Made by a program: the position numbers and the translations under genes | Assembly (NCBI RefSeq): GCF_964355755.1 | Contig: NC_092672.1 | Location: forward strand, 23,511,237-23,575,236 | Direction of reading: 5' to 3' | Origin: Antedon mediterranea | Taxonomy: Eukaryota > Animalia > Echinodermata | Length of the DNA stretch: 64,000 bases | Shown here: positions 27,201 to 37,376 of the stretch, one piece after another | Layout: each line of letters opens with the position of its first letter | Numbering within the stretch: the stretch's first letter is position 1 | The notes under the pieces: model-generated | The model's database searches: none | Told to the model about the DNA's origin: nothing | Seen by the model: only the letters and a program-made list of their open reading frames with translations

Positions 27201-27202
27201 GA
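9241..27202 (+). CDS. ROCO-family protein (partial Roc + COR + tandem DED-like domains), 15 exons: 9241-9330, 9433-9472, 9584-9618, 9979-10003, 10691-10842, 11379-11468, 11963-12142, 12571-12813, 15957-16154, 16343-16537, 23296-23592, 23770-23847, 24189-24393, 25681-25725, 26670-27202 (~801 aa); 5' part with the P-loop not found
   Basis: Roc motifs FNIWDHGGQ..Y..IHQIF, AVYVAVFDL, ILVVGTHK, YAVENS. COR motifs IPLKW, LNFLYDLGDII, VVLDP, GIL...LW, FFVP. The C-terminal exon has a DED-like pattern (FNELADKGKIKPTDVNLLLEV; SPYRKRL). All GT-AG phases chain with no stops. Confidence 0.8.
11600..11826 (+). mobile_element. Interspersed repeat with an internal tRNA-like segment (second copy inverted at ~36885-37098)
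   Basis: Shared gaaagccccagtg..ctaatggtta..agcagaaggttccgg.tt.ga.tct and tttctcattctc.cagatttcctcatc. Sits next to (TA)n. Confidence 0.65.
13130..14502 (+). mobile_element. Degenerate Rex1/Babar-like non-LTR retrotransposon
   Basis: Broken RT ORFs (GPDGIS...LNDYRPIA; MKCLER...FIDFSSAFN; GAPQG). 3' end gacaataaagttatcttggatcttgaa. Confidence 0.75.
14768..15658. mobile_element. PIF/Harbinger-like MITE
   Basis: TIRs gcccgtattcttaaaccggactttag / ctaaagtccggtttaagaatacgggc with a TTA target-site duplication. Confidence 0.8.
16740..17192 (+). mobile_element. Degraded 3' end of a Rex1/Babar-like LINE, split by the CR1/L2 insertion (resumes at 23187-23210)
   Basis: Rejoining the flanks gives aaatgaatttcc...ggaccaataatatgtcttgaatct, which resembles the 3' end at 14445-14502. 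Confidence 0.45.
20192..21407 (+). mobile_element. 5'-truncated Penelope-like element with an inverted copy of its 3' end
   Basis: GIY-YIG endonuclease (GIVYQVGCHNCKKVYIGETGR...KSAITDH...KEAIWI...NRDQG). 20192-~20480 is the reverse complement of ~21070-21375. 13-bp TSD aatatcatttttt at 20179-20191 and 21408-21420. Confidence 0.92.
21284..21328 (+). ncRNA. Minimal type I hammerhead ribozyme, G3-C8 core variant (Penelope 3' end)
   Basis: Stem I ATTTGC/GCAAGT; core GTGAACA; stem II GGCTACT-GAA-AGTAGTT; GAAA; palindromic stem III ACGT; predicted cleavage after GTA (21322). Confidence 0.7.
22161..23009 (-). CDS. LINE ORF1 (coiled coil + L1-type RRM), 282 aa, intact
   Basis: LEGRQRRNNLRFTGIPE, IQRAHRVG, PRPLVAYF and IYVNDDF motifs. 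Confidence 0.85.
   Translation of the reverse strand: MANVENNEPNISNLNISAAEPNTWLSTLIKSIMGCKTIADIKSTLCDAVTKIVSLEKDITILNLEITGLQKELRNLHADMQENSDFMDVKLKDIAEDTQQSTTECIEEIRDKIDNLEGRQRRNNLRFTGIPEQAEDSEGTVNFLSSFISNTTGIKIANDDIQRAHRVGPRNTTRDKPRPLVAYFLRYSTKERVRKAAPKVRPKFKDNNIYVNDDFTSRVISRRKALYSSMKYLHSNKVKAWLHLDKLRYIDSNGYVRTFIDMDHLAKYYPNLKEAHAPEATE
24730..25500 (+). mobile_element. Degraded CR1/L2 RT 3' fragment
   Basis: FADDSSLF...W..ANKLSLN and LY.SLI..YLNYGILAW fragments with stops. Confidence 0.7.
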
Positions 27203-27478
27203 GAGATTTCTTACCTTAAATCCACAGATTGTAGGTCACGTATATTCTCCCACAATAACTGGCATCAAACCAGAATTTTTAGAAAAGGGTAAAAATATAT
27301 TGAGAATACATTGAGTTGCCCCCTCATAACATAGAATGAATGCTGGACCATTTGATGATGACCGTATGATACAAAATGATTTGCTGACACAGATTACGAA
27401 CATGAAATAACAGGAATGTATTCATACATCCTGACTTTTCTTTGTCACTAAGGTTCTTATACCCTTTACAACATTATA

Positions 27479-27641
27479 ATGCTCTGTCTATACTATCATA
27501 ACTTTATGTGACAAAACAATGTGATGTGCAATTTTATGGACATGATGATTTCATATCACTTCCATATTTGGAAACATCACTACCATATTTGGGCACATCA
27601 CACATTTTTGTGAAACTAATTTGATAGTGTAGACAGAGCTT
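27479..27641. mobile_element. Short MITE
   Basis: TIRs gctctgtctatactatca / tgatagtgtagacagagc. Confidence 0.7.
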
Positions 27642-27873
27642 TACAACTGCCATTTGAGCAGGCAAATACTGTTTTAATTACTATTTGTGTTATTTATTCT
27701 TAATTATTTTATAGTAATGCTATTTATCATCATGTGTCGGGAAACTGTAAAAGGGGATTTTGTGCTAAAACAATTTGTCATTGTGAGAAACTTGTTTAAT
27801 AATAACCTAAAGAAAGTGTATACCTTGTTTTAAACTTTCATTGTGATAATTTTTAGGCAACAAAGAAGATGAT

Positions 27874-28385
27874 CATTGAGGCAACACTGAATACGCCATT
27901 GAGGAACCATTGAGGCACCACTGAGACACCATTGCGGCAACACTGAAGACACTATTGAAGATGCCATTGAAGAACCACTGCTGAGACACCATTGCAGCAA
28001 CACTGACGACACTATTGAAGATGCCATTGAGGAACCTTTGAGGCACCACTGAGACACCATTGAAGATGCCATTGAGGAACCTTTGAGGCACCACTGAGAC
28101 ACCATTGAAGATGACATTGAGGAAACTTGAGGAACCTTGAGGCACAACTGAGACACCATTGAGCACCACTGAGCCACCATTAAGACACCATTGAGGCACC
28201 ACTGACACACAATTGGACATCACTGAGCCACCATTGAAACACCACTGATACACCATTGAGGCACCAATGGGGCACCACTGACAGACACTTGAGACATCAC
28301 TGAGTCACCATTGAAACACAACTGATACACCGTTGAGGCACCACTGAGCCACCATTAAGGCACCACTGAAGAACCATTGAGATAG
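27874..28385. repeat. Degenerate ~11-bp tandem repeat (caccattgagg/caccactgaga)
   Basis: Low-complexity array; it is the source of the two minus-strand ORFs here. Confidence 0.85.
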
Positions 28386-28664
28386 CATTAAGTATTGTGA
28401 AGCCAACCAAGTGAAGGCAAGTTACGAGTGGATAGAGATATAATAGAGTAATATTAAAATTATTGTCATGGTGATAAAGATGACATTGACGTTGAATAAA
28501 TGTTTACTTTAGAACAGTATATGAATAATGATTTTTTTTTTCATTAAATGGGAAGAATATTTTCTGCCTTGTTAAATAGAACATATACCCGTTCCAGTCC
28601 ATAAATATTCATTATTTTGTATAATGTTTACTGAATGTAAACTGTAAATTTTAATTCATTCAAG

Positions 28665-28900
28665 ATCTCTTATTCATCTGTGGATAGGTGGAGAAGACTG
28701 GCAGTGCGACTTGGTATTCAATGGGATGTTATCAGTAGGCCATATGACATGTTGGAAGAGATCAAAGCATTAACACAACAGGGACGTGTTGATTTAGCCG
28801 ATAACTGACAGATGCAGCAGCACATCAACTACCTACAATGATCAAGGCATTAACACAACAGGCTTTAAAATAACAGGGACATGTTGATTTAGCTGATAAA
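28665..28900 (+). pseudogene. Degenerate Death-domain exon remnant
   Basis: Translates as ISYSSVDRWRRLAVRLGIQWDVISRPYDMLEEIKALTQQGRVDLADN*, with a second broken copy of KALTQQ..GHVDLAD. Confidence 0.5.
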
Positions 28901-29119
28901 TCATTGTTTATTTTGATTTCTTGACACATGAAACTGAGTGCCAATGCTATATAGTGTGCATCATTAGTATTACCATCAATATTATGATTATCAATATTAT
29001 TATGATTAAAAGGGGCGCTTGATATATAATAACACAGTAATAATGGGGATTATAAAACCACACTTCTAAAGTAATTTTAAATATTAACTGGTGCGTGTGA
29101 TTAAAGTTGTGTACTCTCT

Positions 29120-29316
29120 CTATACCAAAAACAAGATAAGCAATGCATCTTGGGGTTTATAGTGGGCCGCTAAAATTTAAACAATTATTAAAATCGCATT
29201 TTAAACCGTTTAAAGATGACAAAGGGTATCTCAATAGGACCGTATAGAATTTATTTTTACATTAAATGTAGTTTGTGACCTTAGACTAGATCTAAAAACG
29301 TAGGGAATGGGACTTT
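29120..29316 (-). mobile_element. DNA-transposon end fragment (related copy at 63291-63600, opposite orientation)
   Basis: aaaaacgtagggaatgggacttt / aaagccccattccctacgttttt with a shared ~190-bp interior. Confidence 0.6.
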
Positions 29317-29397
29317 GATGTAATTGACTGTAGTTGTTGGACTTGCTGTAACTGCAGTTTTTTTGTATATAAGATGAGTCTTAGTAATTTGTGCTTT

Positions 29398-29573
29398 GGT
29401 GGCTATAGCTAGTTTTAGTGGCTATAGCTAGTTTTAGTGGCTATGGCTAGTTTTAGTGGCTATGGCTAGTTTTAGTGGCTATGGCTAGTTTTAGTGGCTA
29501 TGGCTAGTTTTAGTGGCTATGGCTAGTTTTAGTGGCTATAGCTAGTTTTAGTGGCTATGGCTAGTTTTAGTGG
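29398..29573. repeat. 19-bp minisatellite (gtggctatggctagtttta) ~9 copies
   Basis: Direct tandem repeat. Confidence 0.95.
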
Positions 29574-31826
29574 CGTACATGGTAAACCCACTGTGTATTG
29601 ATTAGCAAAAACATTAACATTCAGAATTAAATTTAAATGTTTCATTGGTATAGCTTTATTCAATATTTTTTATTATTGACCTGACTAAACTTTTAAACTT
29701 ATCTTGTAAAGATAAAGTAAAATTTGGTGTTTTATGTATTAATCACTGCCGATGATTTAGAAAGTTTTAATAAGCTCTCTAAACAAACTTGCTAACAGTA
29801 CATTTACTAAAGCCAAAATAGTAGAGTTAGAGTTACTGCATAAATAAATATTTCATATTCTATTTTAATAAATGATATACAATCTTTTTTGTATTGTATT
29901 TATGTTGTCTATTTTCTTTTAAATCTCAATGCGAGTCACAAGTAAACTCATTATATAATGTTAAGGTAAATTGATTGGTTTCAACATAGGCAATTGACTA
30001 TGGTTCCAAAATAATAAATGATGTTTGTTATTATTATGGTATCTCTGAATTTAGTAAATGACTTGGCTATTGACTTGCCTAATGCAAATGAGATCATTTG
30101 TAGAAATTAGACTTACAGAATTCGATTAATGGCCAATATCACCTTTTTATGATTGACAGACTTACTAAACAGGACGAAAGGTATGGAGATGGGATCATTC
30201 ACTGTATAACAGCAATTATATAAATCTCCACCATATTTTCGACCCCTGGTGTGTAATTTTTCAATATAAAATTGACTAATGGTTGCCAAGGTATGGGACA
30301 TATTTTTAGTATAGTATCATTATGTCTATAATTATATTTTGTATTAGAAAACTTTTGGCTAATTTTTATTTTACTTGCATGTTTGTGGAAATACAATTTT
30401 TTTTAAAGAATAAAAAAACCTGACATAGTTCATATTTTGACACACCACCTGATTATGCAAATTATGTATTACATTCTCATTTGGTTGGCATAGCTTAATA
30501 GTGTTTATCCTTAAAATTCAGGAAAGTCACATAGCCTATCATGTGCGGCCCATCAATAAACATCAGTGTGCCAAATGTGAGCATGTACTGTTCAGTCGTT
30601 TTGGAGGAGATATGTAAAATACGCGAACAATTTAGTAGCATTAATATATAGATTGCTTTATACATTGATACCATAAATTATGAGCAAGAAAAACTGCACT
30701 AACAGAAATTTGTGTCCCTACCCCAAAATTGTCCAAAACTGTGGAACTGATTGGTATAATTAGAAATGCATTAAAATCCCACCTTAGGGATAAGATTATT
30801 TAATGTTAACATCGATTTTGTGTTCACTGGATATAGATGACAAAATATGTACGTAGTGTAGACCTCTCATATCCCATGTACTGTATTTTGTTGCTTGTAA
30901 CCCCTTTTTCTCTTTCACTTCTTCAATGCTCAAACTTGTGGCCATGTCAAGAACTTAATCACAGGATGATTCCTGATTTTTGTTAATCTTCCTCTGGCCA
31001 ACAGAATAGACCACTTTTATTAGTCTAGTGTGCAAGGCTATCAAACAAATTGATAACCTTGGTCTGTGTCCCTTCTTTAAAGTTGTCTTTTCTATAAATA
31101 TATTGGGTTGGATGGAACAACTCAGTCACAATGTACTTCATCGAAGTGAAAATCTAAATTCTTGAACTATGATCTAATCGGATGCTATAAAGGATATTAC
31201 TTTTATAATTTACAGTCACTTTCTTTTTTATGTAAAAAAAATAGAATAAAAGAATACTAAAATCAAACATTGAAAAGTCATTTTGTAGTTTTAATCAGGT
31301 TATTTAAAAAATAATGATTTAGCTTATAAAAAATAAAAAACAGTAAATCAAATAAAAACCCATTTAATTTCAGACAATGGGCTCCCAGTTTACTACTTTT
31401 TTTAAAATTTTATTAGGTTAAATAATTTTTCGTTTCCATCAATTTTTTTGTCAAAGTGAATCTAGTGTAACATTTGAAAAAAACAAAATGATTTGATCTT
31501 TAACATTTTATCTACAGAAGAAAGCACAGATAAAATGTTATTTTAAAGCTTTAAGGCCACATTTATATTTGTACCTAATACATTCTTATTCAAAATACTC
31601 AAGTTTAGGATATAAAATAATTGTATATATTGTATTAATTGACCTTTGACCTAGACTCCAAAGGCAAAATTAAATTAGTTATTCTGAATTTTAAGAATAA
31701 TGTGTGTATGTGTTTAAAACATTCTTTACAAAAACTTAGTGGTTAAAGAGAAAATTAGAGAAAACTTAGTGGATAAAGAGATAATTAGGGAAAAGTTTTC
31801 AAATGGCAGCCATTTTGAATTTATGG

Positions 31827-32786
31827 AAAACAAGTAATTACTAATACACAACCCAGGGTATAGATACTAATATCTATATAGGCCTATATTAAAACAAGTA
31901 ATTACTAATACACAACCCAGGGTATAGATACTAATATCTATATAGGCCTATATTAAAACAAGTAATTACTAATACACAACCCAAGCTAGATACTAATATC
32001 TATATAGGCCTATATTAACACAAGTAATTACTAATACACAACCCAGGGTATAGATACTAATATCTATATAGCCCTATATTAAAACAAGTAATTACTAATA
32101 CACAACCCAGGGTATAGATACTAATATCTATATAGGCCTATATTAAAACAAGTAATTACTAATACACAACCCAGGGTATAGATACTAATATCTATATAGG
32201 CCTATATTAACACAAGTAATTACTAATACACAACCCAGGGTATAGATACTAATATCTATATAGGCCTATATTAACACAAGTAATTACTAATACACAACCC
32301 AGGGTAGATACTAATATCTATATAGGCCTATATTAAAACAAGTAATTACTAATACACAACCCAGGGTATAGATACTAATATCTATATAGGCCTATATTAA
32401 AACAAGTAATTACTAATACACAACCCAGGGTATAGATACTAATATCTATATAGGCCTATATTAACACAAGTTATTACTAATACACAACCCAGGGTATAGA
32501 TACTAATATCTATATAGGCCTATATTAACACAAGTAATTACTAATACACAACCCAGGGTATAGATACTAATATCTATATAGGCCTATATTAAAACAAGTA
32601 ATTACTAATACACAACCCAGGGTATAGATACTAATATCTATATAGGCCTATATTAACACAAGTAATTACTAATACACAACCCAGGGTATAGATACTAATA
32701 TCTATATAGGCCTATATTAAAACAAGTAATTACTAATACACAACCCAGGGTATAGATACTAATATCTATATAGGCCTATATTAACA
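31827..32786. repeat. 64-bp minisatellite ~15 copies
   Basis: Unit aaaacaagtaattactaatacacaacccagggtatagatactaatatctatataggcctatatt. Confidence 0.95.
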
Positions 32787-34055
32787 GCAACAAAAAACAT
32801 TTTGGACTGAAAAAGCTATACAACCTATTTCTATATTACAAATAACATGAGAAAATGCAAATTTCAACCATTTATCTAGAAACACTACACAGAAATTACA
32901 TGATGCCCCACGATAATTGTAATGGAAATAGCAAGAGCAACATTTCAACCAACCATGCCTGCACCCTGGTTGCCTTTAAAGCGTTACCATCGGAGTTATA
33001 GCTCTTTCTGAAAACACCCATAAGAAAAATAATGGTATCTCCTAAAATCAATAATTGATTTACGTAAATTTTGGTCTTAAATTGGTACAAAAAGATTTCA
33101 CAAAAACAATTCACAAATTCTGTGCCATATCTAAATAAGGACAAAATTCACATGCCAAAATCACACCTTTTACCATGGCAACCATTAATTGTTTTTCAAA
33201 AATATTTCAGTTTTGTTATATTTACCTAAAATGTGAATAATTAACAAAGTATGAAGAAAATTCATTTTTTGGCATTTGGCCACATTATGTTGATATTTGT
33301 AGTCAACCGCTCTTAACTCTTAAGACTTAGAAGATGTGCTTACATCCTAAAAAATGCACTCTTGTAGACGTCGTTTTAGATTTGACCAACAATTCTCCAA
33401 TCAAATGACAAGAATTCGAGTAACTGACCGGCACACAAAAAATTTCTATTGTTTCGGGACTGAAAGAAACCGAATGCAACTTTAAATCATGTCACACATG
33501 CAGTAAGGGTGACCACGACCATATAAGCTTACCTTACAGACGGTTACAACGCACATACAGTATTATGACTTATTTCCAATAGAATGGTGTCGGGAACACA
33601 CACAAAGTTTGAATCCCAAATGATCCTAAATGCATGGGACATAAAAATCACAAACTTAAATCATATTTCTGAGAATTATTTTTATTTACTGAAATTATAT
33701 TGTTAGTTTTACATGATTTGTTTATAATACAATTTAAAATTTGGATAATTTCATATTCATTGACATGAAACTTACTCATGCGTGAAAACCAAATCAAAGC
33801 TGAAAGAGCTCCACAAAGACCCTGAATTCTAACAGTGTAATGGATGTTAAGTTTTTATTGTACAACAATTGTATTATTGTTTGTATTGTGAATACAAATT
33901 GCTACGACAGCACACGCATGTAAAAATGGAATTTAGTCAATATTCATTATTCTTTCAACATATACAGTAGACAATTTGCGGCATTTGAAACAACCTTGAT
34001 AGGCCTACTGGTGGTAGTTCCTGGATTAACATACTTAATCCTGACATAAACTGTA

Positions 34056-37000
34056 TTATAGCCTAACTGGACCATGATACAGCAAACCAAGTAACACAAT
34101 ACCAAAAGCTATATCAATGGCAGGAGTTGTTGTAACTTGCACAAACTTGTTATTGATGGTAGTAGTTCCTTGATTTACAGGCTCCCCTTCAACACGTCTA
34201 CCATTTTGGTGCTCACTAACTATTGGTTTATGTGTAGCACATTGTTCATCTGAGCTCTTCTTTTGAGATATTTCATCCCCATCTTTCTTTTGTTCAATGT
34301 TTACTATGCCTATTGTATTTCCTTCACTTTTACCACTATTACAGTTCAGGTTACTATTTTCATGAAATTGTATTCTAGAATTGTTATTTACATTTTCTGG
34401 TTCTTCAATTTCATTGATGCTCTTATCGGTAAACTTATCTCTCTTGTCTTGATCTTCAACTTCTTTACTGGTAAACTTATCTCTCTTGTCTTGATCTTCA
34501 ACTTCTTTACTGGTAAACTTATCTCTCTTGTCTTGATCTTCAACTTCTTTACTGGTAAACTTATCTCTCTTGTCTTGATCTTCAATTCCTTTACTGGTAA
34601 ACTTATCTCTTTTGTCTTGATCTTCAACTTCTTTGGTGCCATTGCTTGAACTAATCACCGACAGGTTACTGTCATGAGGTTCATTATCCAATGATACTGC
34701 TGACAGTATACCTTCTGTTAATATGCTATTGTTTTGTTGCGATTGTTCATCATTGCATTCTTGCACATCAGAATCAGCAAACTGGTAAAAATAAATATTA
34801 AATTGTATCAAGAAAAATATTAGATTAAAAATCATAAACTGAATGTTTATGATTTGAATACGGAGAATATTTCATGAAAATTAACTGATTGACCATTTAA
34901 TGAGGCGGAACCAAGCACAGGCAATCTCTCAGTAAATGAAATATACTCTATTCAACATTATTAGTTTCATAACACAGTACATATGATGATGTGTTAATTT
35001 AACATCATTAAAGTAAGTACATGTAAATGAGGATGTGTTAGTGATGAAGGAACATACTTCACATTGTAAAGTTTGTTGGTGCAGCGAAGATTGAAAATTG
35101 CGAGTTTTAAGTAAAAGCCTACCTCGTCAGAATTCAATTCATTTAATTGTTCATCTAACTTGCGTTGGTGTAAACGAATTGAATATCCAATCATAGCATA
35201 CTGTATGACACGTGCTGCCTCATGTCGTCTCTTTACATCTTCTCTTACCTTCCAGGCTCTAAAACCTACAACATATCAATTCTAATTAGTGACAATTAGT
35301 GGCTTGGTTTGGTAACAGCATGATGCCTGCAAGATATTTGTCAAAACACTATTACAATCAATACCTGCTTGAATGATGACCACAGCTGCCTCTTGTTTAC
35401 TTTTGGTTGCCAGGATCTTTCTCCACCACATCTGTATTACACCAGCACTTAAATTGAATTCCTTCAATCTTGCAACTTCAAGTTTATCCAACTAAATGAA
35501 AAATAACGGAATATAATAAATATACAATGATGCAGATTCTTACTTACTTTTTTACAAGCTAAAAGTATTATAATTTGATGCTACAACTTTTTCATAATGT
35601 TATAAGATAGGAATCTTATTGATTTTCAATGATTTACACACATTTAACTGGGTAATAATTTTTAATAAAATGGTATTTTTTAAATTGTGTCAAATTAATT
35701 GTTCTTTTGATTTATATTTATATACTTTTTTAAAAAGAAAAATGCCTCAATTTTACATAATTATTTAGTTAATTTTGGTGAATTTCCTATCTTATTATTA
35801 AGTTATACGACAAAAATATTCCTGTAGCACTACTTTTAAAAATAAAGGTTTATTTCACAACACTCATTCAGCTCTACTCCACAGGTTTATATTATACAGA
35901 TATTGCCTGCTTAGAGGTGAAATTCAACAATCGACATTCCTGAGGGAATGATATTTTTCTCGAAGAACTATATATTACATCTGTTATATTAAAATATGTA
36001 GCAGTGTAAGTAGACTTGGCTGGGTCGGCAAGCCTAGTTCACCTTACCTTGGCGAAAAATGACCGTATAAAGTAAAATAATTGCTAATGATTCCTTTGCC
36101 ATAAAATATTCACTTAAATTCTACTGCAAATATAAAATAATTAAATTATTATTAAACTACTTTTAAGTACCTGTTCCTCTCTTCGGAATATCTTTGTTTT
36201 TCCAAACAAAAAGCTTTTCATTTTATTTTCTTTGTCTGCTTCAGCTAAAACCAGATTCGTAATAACAGCACATTTACTTTTTGTATCCAAATCTTTTACA
36301 TCTTCTGAGTTTGACCTTATTAATAATTCATACCTCTTAAGAAAATCACTGTACAACATTCTATAAGAAAATTGTCATTATCGTTGAGAATCAAGTATAA
36401 CAAACAACACACTGGCAAGTATGTTAGTAGGTGTTCAACATGTACAGTATGCACAGGGATATATATAGTATATATTATAAACAACACACTGGCAAGTATG
36501 TTAGTAGGTGTTCAACATGTACAGTATGCACAGGGATATATATAGTATATATTATAAACAACACACTGGCAAGTATGTTAGTAGGTGTTTAACATGTACA
36601 GTATGTACAGGGATATATATAGTATATATTATAAACAACACACAGGTAAGTATGTTAGTAGGTGTTCAACATGTACAGTATGCACAGGGATATATATAGT
36701 ATATATTATAAACAACACACTGGCAAGTATGTTAGTAGGTGTTCAACATGTACAGTATGTACAGGGATATATATAGTATATATTATAAACAACACACTGG
36801 CAAGTATGTTAGTAGGTGTTCAACATGTACAGTATGTACAGGGATATATATAGTATATATTATAAACATCACAGGCACAGAATAAATTCTATATCGCCCG
36901 GTGATATACTGAAATTCAATTAATTAATTTGAAACGATGAAGATGAGGAAATCTGTGAGAATGAGAAAAAGTCGCCTCCATCAAGATTCAAACCCGGAAC

Positions 37001-37342
37001 CTTCTGCTTGATGTCCTAACCATTAGACCACTGGGGCTTTCATGGTATTGTTCAAACTCGATTGGATCGTCGTGGTACGGCGGTATAGCACTAGTCCCTC
37101 AGTTGTACGCACACGCATCAGAGATCAAATTGATACGCCCTCATCTTTCAGTATATATATACATATATATATAAATCCAAAGGCAAATTACTGAACCAAA
37201 TGACAATGCTGTGGGTATCAGTGGCTGGATCTCAATGGAGATACGAAAATAAAAAGCGAAAAGCTAAATCAAAACGATAAAGTAAACAGCCAGAAAAGTT
37301 AGCAGAGCTTTCGGGCAACACTAGCCCTTCATCAGTGCAATA

Positions 37343-37376
<34 letters not shown>

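Noticed and set aside
27830-28256. Two ~126-aa minus-strand ORFs
   Set aside because: They are translations of a degenerate 11-bp repeat with no domain signal.
34263-34649. Hydrophobic plus-strand 128-aa ORF and an alternate-frame 84-aa ORF
   Set aside because: They are shadow frames of the 42-bp coding repeat in the MYO19 tail.
36508-36853. Three similar 63-aa ORFs
   Set aside because: They are frames of the 77-bp minisatellite.
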